Positions 47,759 to 60,850 of a stretch of DNA of 64,000 nt are shown piece after piece (the first letter of the stretch is position 1; every line of letters starts with the position of its first letter). This stretch comes from Octopus bimaculoides (taxonomy: Eukaryota). The DNA lies in NCBI RefSeq assembly GCF_001194135.2, contig NC_068982.1, positions 64,683,377 to 64,747,376 on the forward strand. Direction: 5' to 3'. A program made the translations under genes and the position numbers. Below the pieces are notes generated by a model. It did no database searches and was not told the origin of the DNA. It worked only from the letters and a program-made list of their open reading frames with translations.

Positions 47759-48329
47759 GTTTATTATCGTTTGTCTTTCAAAAATTAACACAAATCAAGA
47801 TTCCCCTCTTTTCTATCTCTCTCTCCTAATTTTTGCCACAAAACCCTTCTTTATTTGTCCTCCTCCACATCCACACACACCTACACAAGAGCCTTTTTAT
47901 GTTTACATCTTATTGCTTCGTCATTTGGCATCTATTGTTATTGTAATTATTATTATGGTGTCAAGCGCCGCAGAGCAAAAGGTAAGCTCCTGGCGAGTCG
48001 GGATTACGATCCGATTTCGATTCTCAGTTTATGCTAGTTTACATCAATTACACCGCCGATACTTTTGAGAAAGGCATAAACGCCACAACTTTTACCCCCA
48101 CTGACCCCCGTCCCTCTAAAATACAGAGAGCTTTTGTTCATAAGAAGACATTGTTATATAAGTAACTTTGTTTTTATTATTATTATTATTATTATTATCA
48201 TTTAAAGCTATCTTCATCAGAAATAAATATATTTGTTTAAAAAACTGTAATTACATTCGATATTTCCCTAAAAGATTCATTTATTTGGGAGGAACCTATC
48301 ATTGTGTTATGTGTGTGATATATATATTT

Positions 48330-48388
<59 letters not shown>

Positions 48389-50760
48389 CATACATGTATG
48401 TGGCTGTGAGCTACTTGGATATAATATTACAGCTTTAACAATATTCCTGTACAGATGTACCGAGGGATGCCTTATCTATGTTATTAAGAATAGTTTAGGG
48501 CTGACGTTCTAATCAAGTGTGAGTAGGTGTTCCAAATAATCATTGCGTGACCATTCTTGTTGCTACACAAATTAGATTTTTTTATGTGTATGTATATAAA
48601 TATATATGTCCAATACTATTTCACGACTACTTAAAATTGATATATTTTTTTCTTTTCATCATAATTACAATTATATTACTAATCATTATTATTAGTAACG
48701 ATAATAATAATAATCTAACATACCCTTTTCCCTTGCCCCCTCTTACCTTAAAATATTTTGTGGCCTTGTGCCGAGGTAAAAATTTGAATAATAATAATAA
48801 TGACAATAATATGTCGTATATATATAAATAAACATAATTATACTCTAATCCTAAAAAGAAAGCCTCTTACATATTTCGATATTTTTTGTGGTCAATGGTG
48901 TAAAAATGTTTATTGCTACTTATATATTTACATATTACAATGTGAATTCTAATCGAAATTACATTCTTCTAAGTTAAAATTTTGTTATTGTTGTTGAAAC
49001 TAAAAATTTACACAATACAACTTTGTCTTGCTGGTTTATATTTGCTGACATTTTAACCTATATATTGTGTGTTTTTGTATACGTTTTATGTATATATGGG
49101 GAGTGGGGTACAATGAGGTGTTTTTACTGCATTTTTGATTTTGAGAAGAAATATATTTTTTTACAAATGTTCGCTACCTTACAAAAGCGATTTCAGCTAA
49201 GCAAAGGACCTTCTCTAAATCCGTTAAAAACACTATAAACATATTCGGAACACTATTCCAGGAAATTGTCACTTTCTGTTTGAGCATATAAAAGGCAAAT
49301 TTACACGGAACAAAGTGAGTAAACTAAGATATGGTAAATTTGCCTCTTCAATTCTCCAGAATTACATTTAAAAACAGACTCATACACATCAATATCCAAA
49401 CTAGGACATCAGAAAGATCAGAAATGCCACAAAAATTTAAGATATCTGGGTCAAATAAAAGAGGATCATGGAAAAATAGAACATAATATGAAATTAATCA
49501 ACTCACCTATATTAAAAAAAAAAAATGAACATAAAATATTCTCTATAGCTTCTTCATAATCTGCTAGAGTTGCTTTCCTCTCTGTATATTTATGTGCCAT
49601 AAAGAGGAGAAATTATTGAAATTAGTCATTACTCATTTTACCCCCATTTTAGATTTTTTTTTTTTTTAATTATTAAATAAGACATTAGTGTTAGAAAAAT
49701 TGTCTTGGAATCCAACAGAGAAAAGAATATTGGATGTTAAAGACCAAAAATTATTCAGATATTTTATTAGCAGCCTCAATTACAAGTCAAAGTTGAGGAA
49801 AAATTTCTTGAAATAAAAAAAATGCCTGTCACCTGACTATGTTCCAAACTCTCTCAACTTCAACAACTATACTGACCAATTTTTACTCCTAAAGATGATG
49901 CAATACTTGCAATGAAATGATTTCAAACAGGTAAAATAAGAAATCAGAAATTACTGATTTTATCCCCTCTCCCTATATATATAAATAGAAATATATATAT
50001 AAGGAAAATTTAAATGCATTGAAAGAAATTTAAATATTTTTTTATTTTATGTTGCTCTCTGTTGGTATTTTACAAGCATATTGTCTCTAATGTTCTTTAT
50101 TTGTCAGTAAATTTTACAAAACTTCCTTGAACACTTATCAGATATTCTAGTTGCTACAAAAAACCTTAACCAAAATATATCAAACCAACACAAGTTGCTA
50201 TGCTATATAAAGTAAGTCCTTCAATTGAAACACTTTAGTTTTCTTCAGTCATTATCAATAAAACTGTTTTTGTTTTAGAGCCCCCCCCTCCTCCTTCATT
50301 TCTAAGCCAGCTTTTGCCCATGTCATTTGAATATGGTTCTAAATTATTTAATAAAAAAAGATTTCCTTTCGTTAATCTTTTGAAATTGACCTTTATTACT
50401 CATTCTATACTATCGTACTGAATTTTTTTAACCTGTTAATCACATCTATTTATTTGATGTGTTGTGTTGTACACACAATTAAGTCTTTAGCTTTGAAGTC
50501 ACATTCATGGGTACAAATGAGGACTTCTATTATTGTCATACGCATAACTATGACATGGACCAACAAAAAACCAAGAATAGGTTCCCACAGAAACATACAT
50601 ACATAGAACACATAAACTCATGACAAACAGGAGGAAAAGTAATTTGTATCAAGTGTATGAATAATTTAATTCAGCTGAAAGCATTTTGGTTTGACTGAAG
50701 TAAATTTTGGGTATCTCTATATGTGTATAAGTATGTATATCTATCTGTATGTATATGTAT

Positions 50761-52660
50761 CAGTGGCAGCTCGTGTATAGGCACTGCAGAACTGCAGCAC
50801 CCCCTATTTCCACTCGATGTTATCGATAACATTCAATATAATGAGTCCTTTTTTCTTTAATTCTTTCTTTATACTTGTACATTATATAATCCTTAAGCTT
50901 AATGTTGAAAAGTTCTTGGCTTTGAGTAAAAGACAATGCAGGGGGATCAGTTAATTATGATTTTACTCAATATATTCCCTTCTCAGATGTACACACTTAT
51001 TGCAGTGGTCCTTCAGTTTTTTCTAAACCCTGTAAAAGAACCAGTAGTCATCCCCTAGTTTATGAAAAAAAATACAAAAATCCTTGTATAGAACTATGCA
51101 CTTCACATTTCCAGTGATGCGGTGTTTGACTGTTTTGTGCATGCTCACATGTCCAAGATAGAAAGCTTCACACTAGGGAGAGAGAGCACTGCATGAACAA
51201 CAGTGCCGACCGCAGTGTTCCAGTGAAAGGTAGTGTTTCTTTTTCACTCCGTGTGTGTTGTGCTTACCTTATTGACTAATATAAAGGTAGGGTAATTTGC
51301 CTGCTGTTACAATTTTTAAGCTGCTTAATAGTTGTGATGGGTAAGAGACAAAATTTAAGACCAGAAACTAGAGCGAGGATTATTCAGCTTGGTAGGCTGA
51401 AATGGTCATATAAAGCTATTTCAAATGAAGTTGGATGCTCTAAAACAGCCATCTACAATGCTGTCCGTCTTTATAAAAGAAACTAATTATTATAAAGACC
51501 GCTCTTGACCTGGGCAACCAAGAACAACAACGGCAAGAATGGCTAGATACATTCATAGACTGTCCCTAAAAAAAATTTTAAATGACTGCTGTTGACATTT
51601 TAAAAGAAATTCGGCAAAAATATAGACTTACCATTGGAGTGTCCACCATAAAAAAACCATCTCAAAGAATTTGGACTTCTAGGAAGAGTCTCTTGCAAAA
51701 AGCCATACATTTCTTTAAACAATCGATGTGCCTGAATACAGTTTGCAAAAGAGCATTTGAATTGGAGTCCAGCAGATTGGTTGAATGTGTTGTGGTTGGA
51801 CGAGTCAAAGTTCAACTTGTTTGGCAGTGATAGCAGAAAGTATGTAAGAAGGCATATAGGTGAAGAATATCATCCAGAATGCATCTGACCTACAATTAAG
51901 CAGTGGTGGAAGTGTGATGGTGTGAGGTTGCATGTCTGGAAAAGGCATCGGTCTTATAATCTGAATCAAGGGCATTGTGGATAGTAAGTCCTATCTAGAA
52001 ATATTGGATAAGACTATGCTTCCATATGCCCGAAAGTATTTGGGCCGACCTTGGACTTTCCAACATGTCAATGACCCAAGACACACCTCGCACTTAGTCA
52101 GAGATTACATTAGGTCCCAGAGAGTTCAGTTGATGCAGCGGCCAGCACAGTCACCTGACCTAAATCCCATTGAAAATCTTTGGGAAAGATTGGGTTGATC
52201 TGTGCAAAGAGTAGTAAGCCAAAGAATAAGGATGATTTTTTTAACATTATTATATTAACCAAAATTGGGGAAAAATCTCAGGAACAGTGATAAATGATCT
52301 GAACAATTCTGTTTTGCAGATGCAAAGCTGTATTAAGTAATTTTGGATTCCCAACCAAATACTGATTGTGCGAGATTATTGTTTTTTGTGGATCTCAGCA
52401 TAAACTTTTTAAAGCAAAAAAATGAAATTTTACAAATGATTCTTAAATTAAATGGCACTATAAATTACAATAATTAAGATTTATTTTTAATTTTAAATTA
52501 ATATGTTATAGTTACACTGTAAAGTTGTATACCATATTAAAACTCGTGAAATTTTCTTTATTTTGATATACATCTTAATTCACAATTTATAACTTGAATA
52601 TATATAAAATGCCATTTTAACATTAGTATATTAATGTTCTTAAATTAAACGGCGCCACTG
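50761..52660. mobile_element. Possible hAT-like shell (CAGTGGC...GCCACTG) enclosing the Tc1 transposase
   Basis: Only 7-bp terminal inverted repeats, lying in (TA)n flanks. No clean TSD. Confidence 0.35.
51337..52365 (+). pseudogene. Tc1-type transposase pseudogene
   Basis: MGKRQNLRPETRARII..SYKAISNEVGCSKTAI, LWLDESKFNLFGSD, FQHVNDPRHT, PAQSPDLNPIENLW and FGFPTKY*, with several stops and frameshifts. Confidence 0.9.
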
Positions 52661-52703
52661 TATATATATATATGTAGGTGTGAGAGTATGTATATATATA
52701 TAC

Positions 52704-52752
<49 letters not shown>

Positions 52753-54002
52753 CACACACGCACATGAAGGTTGAATTGTGTTGAACAAATGAAAGAAGAG
52801 TGTTCAGTACAGGTTGAGTATATAGTTTATTGAAACACTATATTTATTTTGCTACTTGAGTTTCCTGAAGACCGCAGTGACATGAAACTGCAGTCACATG
52901 ATAAGAATTAAGTCTCAATAAACTATGTGTGTGTGTATGTGCATGTTAGTCTGACAAAAAGAGGTAGAGGTTACCACTTAAGGAACGTGTGAGGCATGTC
53001 TTTTCTGAATCACATGAATTCTTAAGGCTTATGTCTTGTTGCCATAGCTTTAATTAGATGAATCATTCCTTGAACAGGACATTGATTTATTACATGCAAC
53101 TTTCCCTAAGGGAGGACTTGAAGTCAACATGTCAGCAATATGATTCTGGTAACTACCATTGACCTCTTAACTGTCAGGAACATCAATATCTGACCTTCTG
53201 ACACGTATATTCTTCCTGTTCTCAATGTGTGTGTAAAGATGAAACAAAAACAGCAAAATATCGACATAATTATATATGATTACTAGATTTACTGTGAGCT
53301 GTTTTAAAAATTATAGTTTTTATTATTTCCTTAAAAGCGCTTGTACCAGTGTCACATAAAAAGCACCCAGCACACTCTGTATAGTGGTTAGCATTAGTTA
53401 GAAAGGGCATCCAGCAGTAGGAGCAAGCCAAATCATACTGGAACCTGGTGCAGCTCTCCTGCTTGCCAGCTCCTGTTAAACTGTCCAACCCATGGCAGCA
53501 TGGAAAACAGACGTTAAAGGATGATGATGGTGATGATGATTCTCTGTAATCCAACTCATTCTATATAATCTGTCACTTATATTACATATATATTTGACCA
53601 AATGACCTTATTTTGATTGATACAGAAGTAAAGACTTGTTCCTTTACTTACCATTGATCATTCGGAAATCTGTTTTGGTTGACCTTTGATCAATCTGTAA
53701 TGTATACATATGTAGCCTATGTAGTTGAGGTGTTACAGTTGCATTGAAAACTCTAGATGTAGTTGTTTGTAAGTTTAGGGCAGTAGTTTAAACAGAATCA
53801 TTTTGAATTTAAGTCCCATTTAGGTCAACAAAATAAATATGACTGACACTTGTGTTCTCAACCACTCTCTTCTCCTGTCCACAAGCACAATAGATTTGTG
53901 ATTGCATTTTTATTAGAAATCAGTATTTATAGCTTTGGGTATCTGACATGTTATAGTGACTATCAGGTCTATGCTTAACTGCTTTTGTTACTATGTTTCT
54001 GT

Positions 54003-54327
54003 GTGAAGGCGCGTGGTTTAGTTGTTTGGGCATTCGGCTCACAATCGTAAAGTCGTGAGTTCAATTCCCGGCGACACATTGTGTCCTTGAGCAAGACACT
54101 TTATTTCACGTTGCTCCAGTCCACTCAGCTGGCAAAAATGAGTAGTACCTGCATTTCAAAGGGCCAGCCTTGTCACACTCTGTGTCACGCTGAATCTCCC
54201 TTAGAACTATGTTAAGGGTACAAGTATCTGTGGAGTGCTCAGCCACTTGCATGTTAATTTCACGAGCAAGCTGTTCCGTTGATCGGATCAGCTGGAACCC
54301 TCGTCGTCGTAACCGACGGAGTGTTCC
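54003..54327 (+). mobile_element. SINE family E, full-length
   Basis: tRNA-like head, GTGTCCTTGAGCAAGACACTT segment and a 3' half shared with family D. 15-bp TSD TTACTATGTTTCTGT / TTACTATATTTCTGT. Confidence 0.88.
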
Positions 54328-55902
54328 TTACTATATTTCTGTTGAAATACACTGCTTTTACTTCAGTTACTTTTGAAAATAAGGAAGTATTTAATGAAAT
54401 GACTTTGCTATTGTGCTTGGAACATAAAGTAACATAAAATTTTGACGTAAGGTTTTTGATTTAGATCACTTTAAAGCAGGAAGTTTTTATCATAGGATCA
54501 TGGATAGTCTCAGGTGGGTTGGTATCAAAAATGTTAATCTTTGTAATAACAACTCCTCTATTAACTGTGTTTGGTTAAGAATGAAATACTCATTCGATCA
54601 GAATTAGTTTGAATTATATAAATGAGCCTATTTAACAAGAGGAAATATTCATTGCTAAGGACTCATAGATATTCAATAGATGTAATTTAAAACTCCTTTT
54701 CCATTTTTTATCAATTTTACAAACAGCCTTTTAATTGTGGTTGTTCTGTTATTTGTAATTATTAGTAACCCAAATGCCTCAGGAAACAATTATTTTTTTC
54801 AAAATGCGGATAATATGACCTGCTTAACTTTCTGTGTGTTGCTTTTGTAATTACAGACACAATTTCCTAAAAATGTTTGCATTCATAAGCTGGCCTAAAA
54901 TGGTTTTATGATGTGTAAGAAGTTAATGTGTGAATAGAGTTACTTATACATAGTGTCATTTACAACAGAAACACACACACATGTTTATGTATATGTATAC
55001 ATATATGTATGTGTGTGTTTGTATTATAGGCTGGGTGAAAAGAGTTGTATCTATACTTAATATTTTACATCTTTCTAAACTAGAAAATATAATTATTTTC
55101 AACTATGATAAATGAACTGATCTAACTTATTCATGTTAGTTTACATAAATGAAGTCCAGTGCCCAAAGAAATTAGTTGGGGTCTGCAACAACAAAAATTT
55201 TATGACATTCATAAATTTGGGTAAGTTCATATGACGAGATGAGAACCCTGATATTTAAGACCAAGCTTTTATTCAGGGAGAGAAACAAAAATTTTCTTTT
55301 TGCAGCATATGAACTTCACTAATTACTTTTAACCCTTCAGCATCCATATTACCCTGTCAAATGTAATATTTATTCCCATTGCTTTGAATTAATCATGCAT
55401 TACCTTGTTGCTTCAAGATTTTGATGAAGTCATCATCATCATCATCATCGTTTAACATCCGCTTTCCATGCTAGCATGGGTTGGACGATTTGACTGAGGA
55501 CTGGTGAAACCAGATGGCTACACCAGGCTCCAATCTGATTTGGCAGATATTCTACAGCTGGATGCCCTTCCTAACGCCAACCACTCAGAGAGTGTAGTAT
55601 GTGCTTTTACGTGTCACCCGCACGAAGGCCAGTCAGGCGGTACTGGCAACGGCCACGCTCAAAATGGTGCATTTCATGTGTCACCCGCACGAAGGCCAGT
55701 CCAGGGGCACCGGCAACGATCTCGCTCGAAAAATTTCATGTGTCACCCGCACAAGAGCCAGCCCAGGGGCAGAATAACATTGTGGGGTNNNNNNNNNNNN
55801 NNNNNNNNNNNNNNNNNNNNNNNNNNNNNNNNNNNNNNNNNNNNNNNNNNNNNNNATAGATAAAATATTTGGTCTAGATATAGCTGGTTTAAGTGCTTTA
55901 GT

Positions 55903-56253
55903 TTTTGTTGTTGGCACTCCGTCGAGGGTTCCAGTTGATCTGATCAACGGAACAGCCTGCTCGTGAAATTAACGTGCAAGTGGCTGAGCACTCCACAGAC
56001 ACGTGTACCCTTAATGTAGTTCTCAGGGATATTCAGCGTGACACAGTGTGACAAGGCTGACCCTTTGAATTACAGGCACAACAGAAACAGGAAGTAAAAG
56101 TGAGAGAAAGTTGTGGTGGAAGAGTACAGCAGGGTTCGCCACCATCCCCTGCCGGAGCCTCGTGGAGCTTTAGGTGTTTTCGCTCACAACGCCTGATCTG
56201 GGAATCGAAACCGCGAGTCCGCTGCCCTAACCACTAGGCCATTACGCCTCCAC
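55903..56253 (-). mobile_element. SINE family D
   Basis: Perfect 12-bp TSD AAGTGCTTTAGT at 55891-55902 and 56254-56265. Confidence 0.9.
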
Positions 56254-56874
56254 AAGTGCTTTAGTAAGTATAGTTATTTCAGAAATAGGATTAAGTTGGC
56301 TTCTGTTAGAACCCTTAGTTTCTGTTAATGATTCACTTTGCCTAATTGTTTCATCTATTTTAGTTTTATGTTATTGTTACTCCTTTAAAATTGTGTTTGT
56401 ATATTTCTTAATCCAATTTGTAGGTATTTCATCTGATATTAATATCTACTCCCTAGTTTCTGATGGCTTATAAGATTATCTTCAGTTTCTGAAAAGTGTT
56501 TTAACGCTATCATCAGTCGACAATAAGAAGGAGGATCTCCTGTTGTATGAAAAAGTCCTTAGCTATATCTTCAGCAATATGATGCCTAGAAGACTCTTGT
56601 AATACCTGTTCAACCCATGAACCAACAAGTGAGTCTTATTGAGGTCTCGTGACCTACTAGAAATAGCCAAATACCCTTCAAATTCATACCTATCATCTTA
56701 AACAAGGCAGTACATACCTGTCATCTTAAACAGGATAGCATACATTAAATCTGGATATCCCTAAAAAAAATTAAGGAAAAAACAGGGAAATGGCCATGCT
56801 TGGAAAGCCTTTGATCATCAGTCTATTTGGTCAGGGCTGACCTAGATTGTACAACTATGTTAACTGAGACATAA

Positions 56875-57193
56875 TGAAGGCGCGTGGCTTAGTGGTTAGG
56901 GCATTCGGCTCACGATCGTAAGGTCGTAAGTTCAATTCCTGGTGACGCGTTGTATACTTGAGCAAGACACTTTATTTCACATTGCTCCAGTCCACTCAGC
57001 TGGCAAAAATGAGTAGTACCTGTATTTCATATTTCAAAGGGCCGACCTTGTCACGCTGAATCTCCCTGAGAACTACGTTAGGGGTACACGTGCCTGTGGA
57101 TTGCTCAGTCACTTGCACGTTAATTTCACGAGCAAGCTGTTCCGTTGATCGTATCAGCTGGGACCCTCGTCGTCGTAACCGACAGAGTGCTCC
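56875..57193 (+). mobile_element. SINE family E
   Basis: Perfect 14-bp TSD TAACTGAGACATAA at 56861-56874 and 57194-57207. Confidence 0.9.
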
Positions 57194-57651
57194 TAACTGA
57201 GACATAAAACTGAAAATGATAAATATGACAAATTGAATTGGTCATATTTACGTTCATTTGATTCGAACAAGAATGTGTATGTGGTGCCTATTGTATTTGA
57301 CACATCTCAGTCACAATAGCATCATATTCCAGTGGGGTTGTTTTCATTTATAAGACTTTTTTTAATCTATCTTTTATCTTTTACTTGTTTCAGTCATTTG
57401 ACTGCAGCCATACTGGAGTACTGCCTTGGAGAGTTTTAGTTGAACAAATCAACCCCAGGGATTATTTTTTTAAACTTGGTATTTATTCTATCAGTCTCTT
57501 TTGCCAAACCACTAAGTTACAGGGATGTAAACACACCAACACCAGTTGTAAAGCACTGGTGGGAGACAAACACAGACCACTGATATAAACATATATACAC
57601 GACAGACTCCTGTTAGTTTCCATTTACTAAATCCTCTCACAAAGCTTCTTA

Positions 57652-57880
57652 TTTCTTTATTACCCACAAGGGACTAAACACAGAGGGGACAAACAAGGAC
57701 AGACAAAGGGATTAAGTCGATTACATTGACCCCAGTGCGTAACTGGTACTTAATTTATCGACCCCGAAAGGATGAAAGGCAAAGTCGACCTCGGCGGAAT
57801 TTGAACTCAGAACGTAACGACAGACGAAATACCGCTAAGCATTTCGCCAGACGTGCTAGTGTTTCTGCCAGCTCGCCGCC
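57652..57880 (-). mobile_element. Young family B variant SINE with an alternative tail, nested in a family A copy
   Basis: CpG-rich core. Perfect 17-bp TSD TCTCACAAAGCTTCTTA at 57635-57651 and 57881-57897. Confidence 0.88.
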
Positions 57881-59545
57881 TCTCACAAAGCTTCTTACCA
57901 CACAGCCACACCTGTGCATATGTAATTAAAGCTAGTCATAGAGGGAAAATAGCATTATTTGACCTCTGGTCAGCTTGAATGCACCCCTCTCTCTCTCTTT
58001 CCTGTGTACTGCCTCCCCATCTATGATGCATTTGCAAATTCTCACTCTGCTCTTCTTCCTACTTCTATACTACACTCCAGCATCTACTTCTCACTTCCTC
58101 TACCTCTTTTCCTCTCACTGCCCTCTTCTCCACAGTTTCTCTACCCCCCCCCCCCCCTACACACACCCCTTCTCACTTAGCCCCTCTGACCTTCTCACCC
58201 AACTCATGACACCTATCTTTCCTCCAGTGACCCTCTCAAGATTCCTCTCCATCCTAGTCTTTTTTTTTTTGTCTCCTTTCCCTCACACTTTCTGTTCATA
58301 TACAAACCACCTTATTATCTTTTAGCTCTATCCCTCTTCTTTTTGTCAACCCTATTGCTAGTTTCTTTTCCTCTCTTTTGTTCCCTGGCATACTCACCCA
58401 TTGTCTCTTAGCTGTCTAAGATCACCATCCACTTTCTCTTCTGCTCTCCTCAGTTATAGGAGCTCAAGTGATGATTGCCTCATAACTTGCATGGCAATCA
58501 TCACTAGTGTTGGTACCTCCCAAAAAGTACCCAGCACATTCTGTAAAGTGATAGGTAAAGTGGTAGGAAGGGCATCCAGCCATAAAAATCATGTTAAAGT
58601 AGATATCAGTGCATGACTCATCAGACCCTGTTAAACCATCCAACTTGTGTCAGCATGGAAACAGGACATTAAATGATGAGGATAATGGGAGGAGTTCCAG
58701 CCAATATCAGTTTATCTTTATTTTTTTTTTTTTTCAGGAATAGTGTATTTGAATCAATATGCTCTTCTTTTTATAAGATAAGTAGAATGTGATTTGAGGG
58801 AGATCTGGATGTTATTTCTAGCATGTTAGGTGACCACTTGGCTTGTTTACTTAGTTCAAATCCTTGAATGATGAAGTGGAAAGGTAATAGATACCACCAG
58901 TATATATATCCTTCTCCATCAAAATAAATGGTATACTTATAGCTATCTTTAGATGCCCGTCAGTAATGCAATGTTTTTGTAGTTACTAATTAGATAGTTA
59001 CATCACTACATCTGATACTACATCAACGCATACTAACTCCTACTTTACTGTTAAGTTTCCATGCAACAGCCATATCTAAGTAATTTTCTTTTTATTCACA
59101 TCAGACTAATAGGTCAAGTGACCATGTAGAAGCTCTCTCATTTCTATGTTTAGACTGAATTTAGTGAAAAACAGCTGTTGCTCAACCTTTGTGAGGTTTT
59201 CTATTTTTCATGCATAACCAGGCCCTTGTGACTCTGCAACTTCCTCCCCCCACCACCACTGCTTAACATGTTTTCAACGCTGACATAGATTAGACTATTG
59301 GACAGGGGCCTATGCTTGTTTTCACATCAAGCCCTACTTAATCCCTTTAGCATTCAGATTATTCTGTCTAATGTAATGCTTATTTATTCACAATGTTTTG
59401 AATTAATCATGCATTATGTTTTTTGTGTTGAGATTTTAACAATGTGTTTGTTTATCTGTCAAATGACTTTGTATGGTAAGTGTGAGAGGCTAAATATGGT
59501 CAGTCTGGGTAGAATATTTGGGTCAGATATAGCCAGTTTAAATAC

Positions 59546-60127
59546 TCTTTTTACTCTTTTACTTGTTTCAGTCATTTGACTGTGGCCATGCTGGAGCACC
59601 ACCTTTAGTTGAGCAAATCGACCCCGGGACTTATTCTTTGGATGCCTAGTACTTATTCTATCAGTCTCTTTTGCCAAACCACTAAGTTACGGGGACATAA
59701 ACACACCAGCATCAGTTGTCAAGCGATGTTGGGGGGACAAACACAGACACACAAACATCATCATCGTTTAACGTCCGCTTTCCATGCTGGCATGGGTTGG
59801 ACGATTTGACTGAGGACTGGTGAAACCAGATGGCAACACCAGGCTCCAATCTAATTTGGCAGAATTTCTACAGCTGGATGCCCTTCCTAACGCCAACCAC
59901 TCCGGGAGTGTAGTGGGTGCTTTTACGTGTCACCTGCACGAGGGCCAGTCAGGTGGTACTGGCAACGGGCTTCTTTCAGCTTCCATCTACCAAATCCACG
60001 CACAAGGCTTTGGTCGGCCCGAAGCTATAGTAGAAGACACTTGCCCAAGGTGCCACACAGTGGGAATGAACCCGGAACCATGTAGTTGGTAAGTAAGCTA
60101 CTTACCACACAGCCACACCTGCGCCTA
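59546..60127 (-). mobile_element. Family A SINE with a family C segment in place of its internal microsatellite
   Basis: Family A tail at about 59546-59756, family C tail at about 59757-59965, family A head at about 59966-60127. Confidence 0.8.
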
Positions 60128-60673
60128 TGTTAAAGAATTATTTTGAACTCAGACATAGTTTATAAGTCTAATCTAAAATATCATTTCTCCCCCCCCCCTC
60201 CTTTTCAAGGCAATATGGTTTATTTAGCTGCTATTTCTAATAGGCCAAGTGACTATGTAGAAACTCTCATTGTTATGCTTATACTGAATTTAATGCATTT
60301 AGTGAAAAACAGCTTTTGCTTAACCTTTGTCCAGTATTTTTTTCATGCACAACCAATTTTTAACTATTTATATGCTAAGTTGCACATTAATTGTAAAACC
60401 AACCTGAATACCAGTTTATGAAATAAATGCCACATGTTTAAACAACATTAATGATGCAGAAAAAATGTGGAGTAATGTTAAAGTTAGTATATTTATAGCA
60501 CACATTTAATTATAGGCTCTTGTGCACAACTCAATCATAAGTTGTTGTTTTTTTTTCATAATATATCTGGAAATATAGTTTTTAGAATATTCTAAATTTC
60601 ACATAGAGTGACCACAAGACCATGACACATCCCCCACCACTACTACCTTTGCTGTTGTTGCTCAATGTAGGGT

Positions 60674-60850
60674 AGGCTTTATTGGTCACTGCTATCACTA
60701 CTATTATGCGAAACACCAGATAATGTCAGATGTTATATTTTGGAGACTTCCACACTCTAATAGAAGATGAAATCACTCAACTTCCTTCATGTTATAGGCA
60801 GATGCATAAAACATAAAATTGTGCATCTACTAAAATTTAATGGGAGGTAG
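60674..60850 (+). pseudogene. RTE/RTEX LINE C-terminal remnant
   Basis: Reads ..FIGHCY..AKHQIMSDVIFWRLPHSNRR.., resembling the RTE FAGHC.R....ISD.ILW motif. Heavily decayed. Confidence 0.5.

Noticed and set aside
49495-49530. A12 run as the retrocopy poly-A tail of NDFIP
   Set aside because: Short A runs are common in this AT-rich region, and no matching TSD was found upstream of the gene.
54003-54075. tRNA-like sequences at SINE heads
   Set aside because: They have A/B boxes but no complete cloverleaf with acceptor stem, and they continue into SINE bodies with TSDs, so they are not called as tRNA genes.
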